A stretch of 57,696 nucleotides of DNA from Bacteroidota bacterium (GCA_031420755.1 JANONI010000177.1:1-57696), one strand, 5' to 3'; shown: positions 9,214 to 17,946, numbered from the stretch's first letter. Program-made: numbers and translations. Notes: a model not told the origin generated them from the letters alone.

Positions 9214-11024
9214 ACATTCTGCACGTGCTTTCTCAATTTGAAGTTACCGGCGCAGAAACATTTGCCGCAACGCTTGCTGACACTCAAATTGCAAACGGAC
9301 ACAACGTCTTTATTATTTCCGACAATTTTTATACGAAAACTAATGCTACGGTTATATCGCATCCTATTGGGAAGCGAGACCTGACTCAGAGACGGAAAAA
9401 TATTATTTTCATAAAGAATTTTATCAAAGAAAAAAATATTGATGTCGTGCATGCTCATTCTCGTGCCGCAAGTTGGGTTTCATATTTTGCTACGCGGTCG
9501 GGAATCGTGCCTCTTGTTTCTTCGATTCACGGAAGGCAGCATCTCCATTTTTCCTCAAAAATGTTCTCGGTGTATGGAGAAAAGAGGATTGCGGTAAGTA
9601 AATCAATCTATACTCATCTTAATCACGATCTCAAATATCCGCTGGATACGCTTGCACTTATTTATAATGGAATTGATTTGAGACAGTGGAGCTTCAACAA
9701 TAAAGTTTCTTCCCGGCAATCAAAAAAAGTAATTTCATACGTTGGTCGATTATCGGGAATGAAAGGTGATGCATTGTTGCGCTTGATAGAAGAAGTTTTT
9801 CCTAAAGTTTATGAACAAAACAATAACATTGAATTTCATATTGTTGGAGGAATGAACGAAAAGCAGAAAATTCTTCCCGCAATTGAAAAAATTAATGCTG
9901 CAGTGGGTGTGGAATTTATTATTGCGAAAGGTTTCACTGCCAATGTAGAGCAAATATATCACTCATCGAATGTTATTATTGGTTCCGGAAGAGTAGCGAT
10001 TGAGGCACTTGCTTGTGGCAGCATTGTTGCTGCAATCGGAGAGTCACGGTACGTTGGTGTGATTTCAGAAAAGACCACCGATGAAGCAATGAACACAAAC
10101 TTCGGTGATGGTGGTAAACTTTCACCGTTCGATGCAAATAAATTTGTCAAGGATATTATTTTTGCTCTGCATCATCCCGAACAATTTGACAGATCCTGGG
10201 GAAGGAGATTTATTGAAAAAAAATATGATATTAAAAAAATATCTCTTCAGATAAATCATGTGTATGCCGAAGCGCGAGCCGTAAAAAAAGGAATCAATGA
10301 GATACCGATACTAATGTATCATCGAATCACTGATGGCAAGCCTGCTGGTACAAAACATGGAATTTATGTCCCTCGCGATGAATTTGAACGTCAACTGGAA
10401 TTCTTGAAACGCCGGGGATTTACCGCTATAAATTTCTTTGATATCCGCGCAATCATCGAAGGGAAAAAAAATATACCGGATAAACCGGTGATGATTACGT
10501 TTGATGACGGCTATGAAGATAATTATGTGATGGCGTTTCCATTATTAAAAAAATATGGGATGACTGCAACGATCTTTCTGATCGGGAATCCTGCGATCCG
10601 ATCAAATATATGGGATGAAAAAACCGGCGAACCCGCGTCGTCGTTATTGAATGATCGGCAGATACAAGAGATGATTGAAGGGGGAATTGAGTTCGGTTCG
10701 CACACCATGAATCATAAAAAACTTACTCTTTGTTCAACCGAAGAAGCAGAAGTTGAAATCACCGAATCAAAAAAAATGTTAGAACAAAGACTCCAGACAG
10801 AAATTATTTCGTTCGGATATCCTTATGGACAGTTGAACGAACAGATAAAACAACAAGTTATTGCAGCAGGTTATACATTCGGGATCGCCACCGATTCAGG
10901 ACGCAGAAATATCTGGGCTGATCTGTTTAAGATCCGCCGTATGATGATCTTTCCACACGCTTCGCTCTTTTCATTTTGGAAAAAAACTTCGGGAAGGTAT
11001 CATTGGTACAAAAATGTTTATTGA
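9210..11024 (+). CDS. Fusion protein: GT4-family glycosyltransferase (N-terminal) and NodB-type polysaccharide deacetylase (C-terminal)
   Basis: 604-aa ORF with a GTG start overlapping the upstream stop (GTGA). The N-terminus MNILHVLSQFEVTGAETFA is GT4-like. The C-terminus has ITFDDGYEDN and GSHTMNHKKL, the CE4/NodB motifs. Confidence 0.8.
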   Translation: MNILHVLSQFEVTGAETFAATLADTQIANGHNVFIISDNFYTKTNATVISHPIGKRDLTQRRKNIIFIKNFIKEKNIDVVHAHSRAASWVSYFATRSGIVPLVSSIHGRQHLHFSSKMFSVYGEKRIAVSKSIYTHLNHDLKYPLDTLALIYNGIDLRQWSFNNKVSSRQSKKVISYVGRLSGMKGDALLRLIEEVFPKVYEQNNNIEFHIVGGMNEKQKILPAIEKINAAVGVEFIIAKGFTANVEQIYHSSNVIIGSGRVAIEALACGSIVAAIGESRYVGVISEKTTDEAMNTNFGDGGKLSPFDANKFVKDIIFALHHPEQFDRSWGRRFIEKKYDIKKISLQINHVYAEARAVKKGINEIPILMYHRITDGKPAGTKHGIYVPRDEFERQLEFLKRRGFTAINFFDIRAIIEGKKNIPDKPVMITFDDGYEDNYVMAFPLLKKYGMTATIFLIGNPAIRSNIWDEKTGEPASSLLNDRQIQEMIEGGIEFGSHTMNHKKLTLCSTEEAEVEITESKKMLEQRLQTEIISFGYPYGQLNEQIKQQVIAAGYTFGIATDSGRRNIWADLFKIRRMMIFPHASLFSFWKKTSGRYHWYKNVY

Positions 11025-11817
11025 TTCCCATTGCCATCTCTTCTATGACGATTTTAAGAACGATATAGCCGATGTGATTGCCCGAGCAAATGATGTTGGC
11101 GTAAAATATTTTGTTGTTCCCGCAACGAACCACGAAACAGCGCTGCAAGCGATTGCATTGGCAGAACAGTATCCTTCAATTTTTGTTTCAGTCGGTTTTC
11201 ATCCGCTTGATCTGAAAGAGTTTTCAACTGAACGATTAGCGTTGATCGAAGAAATGGTTTCGCATCCCAAAGTAATCGCTATTGGTGAGATTGGGTTAGA
11301 TTATTTTTATGACACATCGCCGCGAGAATTCCAGAAAGAGATTTTTTCACTTCAAATTGAACTTGCTATTCGAAAGAACCTGCCGATTATCGTGCATACA
11401 AGAGACTCAGTTCAGGATGCGGTAGATATTGTCGTACATTTTGCAAAGAACAATCCTGAGTGGAGAATTGAAGGAAAACCCCAAGGGGGTAACCGTGGTG
11501 TCTTTCACTGTTTTACCGGTGATGCCGCACAATCAAAAATTTTATTCGACAATAATTTCCTTATTTCGTTTCCCGGTCCGGTCACGTTTAAAAAATCAAC
11601 AATGCCCGATCTGCTGCAAGAAATTGGAGTTGAAAATGTTATGGTGGAAACTGATTCACCATACTTAGCTCCGGTTCCTTTCCGCGGAAAACGGAATGAG
11701 CCGAGTTATATTCCATTGATTGCGCAAAAGATCGCAGAGACGTTGAATATTTCAATCGACGAGGTCGCACGGATTACGACAGCGAATGCAAAAAAACTTT
11801 TTAATCTTCCGATATAG
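11014..11817 (+). CDS. TatD-family metal-dependent hydrolase
   Basis: 267-aa ORF with MFIDSHCHL, GEIGLDY, VHTRD and ETDSPYL motifs. It overlaps the upstream gene by 11 nt. Confidence 0.9.
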   Translation: MFIDSHCHLFYDDFKNDIADVIARANDVGVKYFVVPATNHETALQAIALAEQYPSIFVSVGFHPLDLKEFSTERLALIEEMVSHPKVIAIGEIGLDYFYDTSPREFQKEIFSLQIELAIRKNLPIIVHTRDSVQDAVDIVVHFAKNNPEWRIEGKPQGGNRGVFHCFTGDAAQSKILFDNNFLISFPGPVTFKKSTMPDLLQEIGVENVMVETDSPYLAPVPFRGKRNEPSYIPLIAQKIAETLNISIDEVARITTANAKKLFNLPI

Positions 11818-11821
11818 TACA

Positions 11822-11897
11822 TTGCCACGAAAGCACTAAAACACGAATCTTTATTTTTTTTTGATATAATTTTTGTGCTTTAGTGTTTTTGTGGCAA
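11822..11897. repeat. Inverted-array element built from CACNAAAN octamers (family also at 53949-54100)
   Basis: The arms ttgccacgaaagcactaaaacac (11822-11844) and gtgctttagtgtttttgtggcaa (11875-11897) are complementary at 20/23 positions. The loop is T-rich. Confidence 0.65.
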
Positions 11898-11931
11898 ATC
11901 TTTCATTTTTATATAACATCACTTAATAGGT

Positions 11932-13920
11932 ATGGTTAGAAAAATATTTTTGGCGATTTCACTTATAACACTTATCCAAGCACAGGATTCGAGCATTTCA
12001 ATTAGAATTCTTCAGGATAAAAGACCAGAACATTCAGAACAATTATTTTCATTCCTCACATCGGAAAACGAACGAGAACGGGAATTATCGTTACTCGCAA
12101 TTGCGAATATTCAAGATACCGGAGCGGTTGATGTTGTTGCTCCGTTATTGAATGATGAATCTTCAAAAGTTCGGTCAATGGCTGCATTTGCAATCGGAAT
12201 GATCGGTAAACCGCGCGGAGCAACAATTCTCTTTAGACGATTAGCGGTGGAGCGTGAAGAGAAGTGTGTTGGAGAATTATTTAATGCGATTGGAATGTGC
12301 GGCACAGTAGATGACTTGAAAAAGATTGTTTCTCAAACGGAACACTATCAATCCAACTGGAAACCATATGTTGCACAGGCAATCTTTCGTTTTGCAAACC
12401 GGAAAATAAAAGATGCCAGAGCAACAAAATATGCCGCCGCACTGTTGGATGATAAACCAAGCAGCATCAATGCAACGTATGCGCTGATGCGTATCAACGA
12501 TACCACAGTGATAAGAAATAATCGTGAACGATTGATTGAACATACGACCAATAGTTCACCATTAATTCGAATGTGGACTGCCTCAATGCTTGGCGCGTTG
12601 AATGATGAAGAAACAATATCAAGATTGTTGTCCATTGCTGTTACAGATAAAGATTGGCGTGTGCGGGTAAACGCAATCAGATCGTTGAGAACAAAAAAAG
12701 AATACAAAAATGAAATACTGAAATTGACTGCGGACAAGAATGAACATGTTGCTCTCGCTGCCGTGGCTTCGTTTGGTGAAATGATCGGGAATGATGAACA
12801 ATTTGAAGACAGTACGAATGTTATTCAAATTCTTCAATCGAACAAACATTCAAAATCTGTTAAGGAAGAGATTCGAAAGATTATTGCCAAAAAAATGGGA
12901 GAGCATGCCATTCCAATTATTGGAAGTTGGAAATCTAATCTGCCGTATATTTCCGCGCAGAGAATTCGCGCGTATGGAGAGACCCGTTCAGAAAAAGCGA
13001 TACCGATGATCAAAGAAGCAATTATGCAATCAAAACATTCGCTTGTTACCATTGCCGGACTTGAATCGTATCAATCAATCGCCGTTCGATTAAATGAAAC
13101 GGTAAAAAAAGATTTTCTGAAAACTGTGGTTCTTCAATTTGGCAAGAACGATGCAGGTTTATCTTATTCCGCAGCAATAGCATTTCAGGATACATCGTTC
13201 AGCAAAGAAATACGAAAGATTTATCTCTCAGCATTGTATTCTGCGTATCAAAAAATGAACGCTTCAACTGATCTTGAACCAATGGTAGAATTGCTGAATG
13301 TCTTTGCAGAGATTGGTGATTCTTCCGCTCTCCCCATGATTGAATCGGGATTGGCGGAACAAGACAAGGTAATTCGAACAGCGGCAGAGAAAGCACACAA
13401 AGCGATTACCGGAGAAGATTCACCGATTCGTTTTATTAAAAATCCTGATGAATATAAACCGTTCTATAAACAAGAAGATTTGACATTGCTAAACAAATAC
13501 AAAGGTGCAGAGATATTTACATCAAAAGGAAAGATTAGAATTATATTTGAAAAAGAAGCCGCACCGTTCACAGTCTTAAATTTTATTCTTCTTGCAGAAA
13601 AGAAATTCTACGACGGACTTTCGTTTCATCGCGTAGTGAGCAATTTTGTCATTCAAGGGGGAGATCCGTTGGGGAATGGAAGCGGCGGACCAAATTACTC
13701 AATCCGTTCCGAAGTTCATCCCAACACAAAATATAAAACGGGAGCTGTTGGAATGGCGAGTGCGGGAAAAGATACCGAGGGCTCGCAATGGTTCATTACC
13801 CATTGTTCCACGCCGCTTTTGGATTACCGATATTCAATTTTTGGATATACAAAAGATGCAGCAATTGTTGATAAGATTATGGTAGGAGATACGATTGAGA
13901 AGGTGGTGTTAATTTACTAA
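11932..13920 (+). CDS. Secreted HEAT-repeat protein fused to a cyclophilin-type peptidyl-prolyl isomerase
   Basis: 662-aa ORF with the signal peptide MVRKIFLAISLITLIQAQ and repeated HEAT-like units (VRSMAAFAIG, VRVNAIRSL). The C-terminus has FHRVVSNFVIQGGDP and GAVGMASAGKDTEGSQWFI. Confidence 0.85.
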   Translation: MVRKIFLAISLITLIQAQDSSISIRILQDKRPEHSEQLFSFLTSENERERELSLLAIANIQDTGAVDVVAPLLNDESSKVRSMAAFAIGMIGKPRGATILFRRLAVEREEKCVGELFNAIGMCGTVDDLKKIVSQTEHYQSNWKPYVAQAIFRFANRKIKDARATKYAAALLDDKPSSINATYALMRINDTTVIRNNRERLIEHTTNSSPLIRMWTASMLGALNDEETISRLLSIAVTDKDWRVRVNAIRSLRTKKEYKNEILKLTADKNEHVALAAVASFGEMIGNDEQFEDSTNVIQILQSNKHSKSVKEEIRKIIAKKMGEHAIPIIGSWKSNLPYISAQRIRAYGETRSEKAIPMIKEAIMQSKHSLVTIAGLESYQSIAVRLNETVKKDFLKTVVLQFGKNDAGLSYSAAIAFQDTSFSKEIRKIYLSALYSAYQKMNASTDLEPMVELLNVFAEIGDSSALPMIESGLAEQDKVIRTAAEKAHKAITGEDSPIRFIKNPDEYKPFYKQEDLTLLNKYKGAEIFTSKGKIRIIFEKEAAPFTVLNFILLAEKKFYDGLSFHRVVSNFVIQGGDPLGNGSGGPNYSIRSEVHPNTKYKTGAVGMASAGKDTEGSQWFITHCSTPLLDYRYSIFGYTKDAAIVDKIMVGDTIEKVVLIY

Positions 13921-13957
13921 AAAAAAAGCGACCAATGGTTTCCTTTTAGTTTTACAG

Positions 13958-14002
13958 AGCCTTGTCAAGGTTTCAAACCTTGACAAGGCTAGAATCTTTT
14001 TT
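13958..14002 (+). terminator. Intrinsic terminator (palindrome of the cttgtcaagg family)
   Basis: agccttgtcaaggttt-c-aaaccttgacaaggct (13958-13990) followed by agaatctttttt. Confidence 0.65.
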
Positions 14003-14231
14003 CTCATTACAAAGCTCTGCTTTGTAATGTTAGCTTCGCGAAACTCTATTTCCATTCTTACCAAAGTACTTGTCCGCCTCTGGTGGAGAATTTCATACTG
14101 TATGTTCCCAACGGTAAGCCGTATCTTTTTTTCAAATTTATCAACAAAAAATTTCATGACGAGCAGAAGTTATCGTTTGCAAAATGTATTGCAATTCTAC
14201 CGTATAAGCAATTGGTTTGATTTATCTTGAT

Positions 14232-14263
14232 ATATAAAAATAGCCCCGCGATTTATCGCGGGG
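14232..14263 (-). terminator. Orphan minus-strand intrinsic terminator inside a non-coding island
   Basis: 8-bp GC stem ccccgcga/tcgcgggg (14244-14263) followed on the minus strand by ctattttta. No annotated gene ends here. Confidence 0.45.
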
Positions 14264-14367
14264 TGAAAAGTCGCTGGTAATTATTTGGACTTTAGTCCAA
14301 CCACTCTCATGGTTAAAGCCCGAATGTTATCTCTGCATCAGTTCTACGACCTATCCCAAGGGGATGG

Positions 14368-14499
14368 AGACTGTGTCAAAACTATTTGTATCGCCGAACT
14401 CCGTTCGGCGATGTTACTATTTTCATTATTTTTACAATTTAAAGTGCCGACCAGCCTATGGCTCGTAGAGAGATCGGCAATACACTTTTGACACAGTCT
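14368..14499. other. 132-nt structured element (MITE-like or sRNA candidate) closed by a perfect 14-bp stem
   Basis: agactgtgtcaaaa (14368-14381) pairs with ttttgacacagtct (14486-14499). Internal hairpins are atcgccgaac-tccg-ttcggcgat and tgccga..agcc-tat-ggct..tcggca. Confidence 0.5.
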
Positions 14500-14540
14500 T
14501 GATGGCTTTGCCAAAGATCGTGGCTATAAATATACTAAAC

Positions 14541-14613
14541 AAAAAAAAGGCGACTTAATGGTCGCCTTTTAGTTTTACGTAACCTTGTCAAGGTTTGAAA
14601 CCTTGACAAGGTT
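14541..14613 (-). terminator. Tandem-hairpin intrinsic terminator downstream of the STAS gene
   Basis: The palindrome aaccttgtcaaggttt-g-aaaccttgacaaggtt (14581-14613) is followed by the hairpin aaaaggcgac/gtcgcctttt (14545-14570), which has A/T runs on both sides. Confidence 0.7.
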
Positions 14614-14623
14614 ATGATCTCTT

Positions 14624-14962
14624 TTACTTAAAACTCTCTACCGCGCTTTTTACCAAATTATGAAGTTCAATTACGTTGCTCATTTTTGTCATTTTAAAAA
14701 CCTGTGCAACTTTTTCGGTTGCCGCTGCAATTTTTAAGTCACCGCCAGCATTGCGCATTGTCGTTACTGCGGCAATAAGCATACCAAGTCCGGAACTGTT
14801 CATCAGCGTAACGCCGCCAAGATCAACTACGATGTTCTTTTTCTTCGCGTCGAGCAATTTGTGCAGCGCGCTGTTCAGTTCCGATGCTTCAGGACCGCCG
14901 AGCATACTGCCATCCATCTTTACGACGGTAACGTTGTTCAATTCTTTTGTCGAGAACTTCAT
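14624..14962 (-). CDS. STAS-domain anti-sigma-factor antagonist (SpoIIAA/RsbV-like)
   Basis: 112-aa ORF. The LMNSSGLGML motif contains the conserved phosphorylatable Ser. Confidence 0.85.
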   Translation of the reverse strand: MKFSTKELNNVTVVKMDGSMLGGPEASELNSALHKLLDAKKKNIVVDLGGVTLMNSSGLGMLIAAVTTMRNAGGDLKIAAATEKVAQVFKMTKMSNVIELHNLVKSAVESFK

Positions 14963-15030
14963 ACGATTCTCACTATAAATAAATGTTTGGTCAGGCTGAG
15001 CAAAGCGCCGTTTACAAAAATAATTTCATT

Positions 15031-15078
15031 CATCCTTCGATGCGTCTCGTAAAAAACACTCGACTTACTCAGGATGAC
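15031..15078. repeat. Minimal 48-bp copy carrying both termini of the element inserted in nnr
   Basis: catccttcgatgcgt (15 nt identical to 45070-45084), actcgact, then ctcaggatgac (11 nt identical to 45154-45164). Confidence 0.6.
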
Positions 15079-15112
15079 TATGCCGAGCGGCACTGTGTCG
15101 AAGCCTTAATAA

Positions 15113-16036
15113 CTATTTGGTTATCTTCTTTTTTGCTTGGCGTTGTGAAAAATCAAGAACTAATGCGCTTGCAACATAGATTGATGAATACGTTCCAAGG
15201 ATCGTTCCGATGAAGAAGGTGAATGCAAATCCGCGATTCACTTCACCGCCGAAAATAACAAGAACCAGCAGGACAAGGAAAACTGTTCCGTTCGTAATGA
15301 TTGTTCGGCTTAATGTTTCATTCACCGAACGGTTCATAATTGTCGAAAGGTCTTCCGATTTATGGATCTTCAGATTCTCGCGGATACGGTCGAACACAAC
15401 TACGGTATCGTTGATCGAGAAACCGACAATTGTCAGGAACGCTGCCATAATATTTTGATCAATTTCCAAATTTAGGTATGGCGAAAGTCCATTCAACAAA
15501 ACAATAACTCCGAATGTAGCAATCACGTCGTGAAACAACGCTACGACACCAGCGAGACCATAGATGAAATGGAAACGAAACCCGATGTAGATCATAATGA
15601 TGAACATCGCAGAGAAAATTGCATAGACGGCATTTGTTCTCAACTCAGCACCGATCTTCGGTCCGATCTTATCTTCTTTCAGAACTTGGAACGGGTTATT
15701 TGGGAATTGCGCAGTTAATTTCTGACGAATAACATCAAGGGTTGTCGTTCCTTGGCTTTGTTCCGGTGTGCGGATCAAAATATCGTTCGGTGATCCGAAT
15801 GATTTGATCTCGCTGCTGGCGTACCCTGCACTCTGAACAGCATCGCGAATTTCGGAAATTGCCGGCGGAATCTCGAAACGGACAAGAACTTCTGTTCCGC
15901 CAAGAAAATCGACTCCAAATGAAATACCTCGGATGAATGCTCCGATAATGCCGGCAATAATTACAACACCGGAAACCGAATACCAGATTTTTCTGGTACC
16001 CATAAAATTAATTTTTGTTCCTTGTAAAATTCTCAT
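15113..16036 (-). CDS. secF: Protein translocase subunit SecF
   Basis: 307-aa multi-TM ORF with the SINDTVVVFDRIREN motif, located directly downstream of secD. Confidence 0.92.
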   Translation of the reverse strand: MRILQGTKINFMGTRKIWYSVSGVVIIAGIIGAFIRGISFGVDFLGGTEVLVRFEIPPAISEIRDAVQSAGYASSEIKSFGSPNDILIRTPEQSQGTTTLDVIRQKLTAQFPNNPFQVLKEDKIGPKIGAELRTNAVYAIFSAMFIIMIYIGFRFHFIYGLAGVVALFHDVIATFGVIVLLNGLSPYLNLEIDQNIMAAFLTIVGFSINDTVVVFDRIRENLKIHKSEDLSTIMNRSVNETLSRTIITNGTVFLVLLVLVIFGGEVNRGFAFTFFIGTILGTYSSIYVASALVLDFSQRQAKKKITK

Positions 16037-16056
16037 TCGTTAATTGCTCCTAGTTC

Positions 16057-17946
16057 TTATCCAAAATTGATTTCAGTGGTTCCGCGATCGGTCATAATAT
16101 CGAATACGACGCGTGTAATTACGATTGCCGTGAACAGGTTTGCTGTAACACCCATCATCAGTGTCAGCGCAAAACCTTGGATCGGTCCGGTGCCGAATTG
16201 ATACAGAACGATAGCGCTGAAGAGTGTTGTAATGTTCGCATCAAAAATTGCGCTGAATGCTTTAGTATATCCTGCATCGATCGCCGCTCGTAGTGTTTTA
16301 TGAGTGGCAAGTTCTTCGCGGATACGTTCAAAAACAAGAACGTTTGCGTCAACAGCCATACCAATTGTTAAAACGATACCAGCTATACCGGGAAGCGTTA
16401 ACGTGCCGCCAAATGCTGCAAGGATAGAAAAAATAAAAAGAATGTTAATAAACAAACCGATAGTTGCAATCGCACCGCTCGTTCGATAATAGACGACCAT
16501 GAATCCAACAATTAAAGTTAACGCCATCAAGAAGGAGTTTGTGCCCGCCAAAATTGAATCTTCACCAAGCGACGGTCCAATACTGCGTTGCTCCATAATT
16601 TCAACAGGAGCGGGGAGAGCACCGGCTTTCAAAATAATCTCAAGCAGTCGTGCCTCTTCCATGTTTTCCATACCTTCAATTTGTGAACGACCGCCGGTGA
16701 TCTTACCGCGGATATTTGGTGCGGAGAAGACTGCATCATCAAGCACGATTGCCATTCGTTTGTCAATATTTGCTCCGGTGATACGAGCCCATTCGCGAGA
16801 TCCTTCGTTGTTCATTTCCATCGTCACAATTGGTTGATTGAAATCGGCATCTATTGTTGCTTGTGCGTTCACAACAACCCCGCCGGTCAATTCAGGATTT
16901 TTTTTCAAACCGAACAAACTGAAATATTTAACACCCTCGCTAACGAAAAGATGCTTTGAAGAGAAGTAGAATGCCATATCGGACGGCAATAATTTCTGAA
17001 CATCAGGACGCGCAAGGATTTTCACAACTTTATCTTTATCATTTTCTGAAACATACGCCTCACCGTTTCCTTGTTGATTCGGACGGGCAAGAAACAAGAA
17101 CGGATGTTCTTTTGCAACTTGTTCAGGAGTTTTTTGCGCGTTCGACATCGCAGTCGATCCGGTATCGGATTTATTTGTTAGCGCAGACAATGTATTTCCG
17201 GTTGCGGTAATTTTTTTCGCAGAATCTTTTGATTCGGTGGTGTCAGAATATCCTTTTCCAGCAAGAAATTTATCAATCGCTTCCATCGTTTTATAAATGA
17301 TATCAGGATCTTTCATCAATTTGAATTCGAGAAGCGCAGTTCCCTGCAATAATTGACGAACTTCATCTTCTTTGGAAACGCCCGGAAGTTCTACTATGAT
17401 TCTTCGTCCCCCTTGCTTTTGGATTGCCGGCTCCGAAACACCATATTGGTCAACGCGATTTCTGATGATTTCCATTGCGCGATCTACTGCTTTGTCTGTT
17501 TCATCCTGCAAACGATTCAGAATCTGTTCATTATCATCGCGAAGAGATCCATAATAGCGACTTAATCGAACTTGTTTTTCATCAAATGCACGTTGAAACA
17601 ACGTTATGATGCTTTCGTTGCTGGTTTGTGCTTCGTGTGCAACATCTTTTATAATCTGTGAAAACTGATCATCTTTATTTTTAGCAATCTGTTCAAGCAT
17701 CTTTAAGACGTTCACTTCCAATACCACACGCATCCCGCCTTGAAGATCTAATCCAATCTTGATCCGTTTTGCTTTCGCATTACGCATGGATACTTCGTTT
17801 TCGGCGACATATTTTATACTGTCTTCACCAATACGCTGAGACAAATTTTTGTCAAAATTGTATGACTGGTATGTAGGAAAGAGAAAATAGAGTGCTAAAC
17901 CAAAGGTCGCCACAATTGCAAATAACTTACCACGATTTTTTTTCAC
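16057..17946 (-). CDS. secD: Protein translocase subunit SecD
   Basis: 629-aa ORF with an N-terminal TM segment, a large periplasmic domain (LGLDLQGG) and a C-terminal 6-TM domain (AVDANVLVFERIREE). Confidence 0.92.
   Translation of the reverse strand: MKKNRGKLFAIVATFGLALYFLFPTYQSYNFDKNLSQRIGEDSIKYVAENEVSMRNAKAKRIKIGLDLQGGMRVVLEVNVLKMLEQIAKNKDDQFSQIIKDVAHEAQTSNESIITLFQRAFDEKQVRLSRYYGSLRDDNEQILNRLQDETDKAVDRAMEIIRNRVDQYGVSEPAIQKQGGRRIIVELPGVSKEDEVRQLLQGTALLEFKLMKDPDIIYKTMEAIDKFLAGKGYSDTTESKDSAKKITATGNTLSALTNKSDTGSTAMSNAQKTPEQVAKEHPFLFLARPNQQGNGEAYVSENDKDKVVKILARPDVQKLLPSDMAFYFSSKHLFVSEGVKYFSLFGLKKNPELTGGVVVNAQATIDADFNQPIVTMEMNNEGSREWARITGANIDKRMAIVLDDAVFSAPNIRGKITGGRSQIEGMENMEEARLLEIILKAGALPAPVEIMEQRSIGPSLGEDSILAGTNSFLMALTLIVGFMVVYYRTSGAIATIGLFINILFIFSILAAFGGTLTLPGIAGIVLTIGMAVDANVLVFERIREELATHKTLRAAIDAGYTKAFSAIFDANITTLFSAIVLYQFGTGPIQGFALTLMMGVTANLFTAIVITRVVFDIMTDRGTTEINFG

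Noticed and set aside
13909..14491. Small ORFs 13909..14157 (-), 14027..14230 (+) and 14285..14491 (+) in the non-coding island
   Set aside because: Each reads straight through palindromes and terminator hairpins. They lack convincing ribosome-binding sites, start with or depend on rare starts, and have no recognisable domains.
13958..14613. Possible CRISPR array, given the recurring palindromic repeats
   Set aside because: There are only two to three copies with irregular spacing (about 620 bp, and the third is 24 kb away), no regular repeat-spacer periodicity, and no cas genes. The hairpins are followed by T-runs and behave as terminators.
13921..14623. Known housekeeping RNAs (RNase P, tmRNA, 6S, SRP RNA) or a tRNA in the large intergenic island
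   Set aside because: I could not find the signature sequences on either strand: GAGGAAAGUCC / ACAGNAA of RNase P, a GGGG...tag ORF...CCA of tmRNA, the SRP GGAA tetraloop helix 8 motif, or the GTTCGAATC T-loop. This is not excluded without a covariance-model scan.
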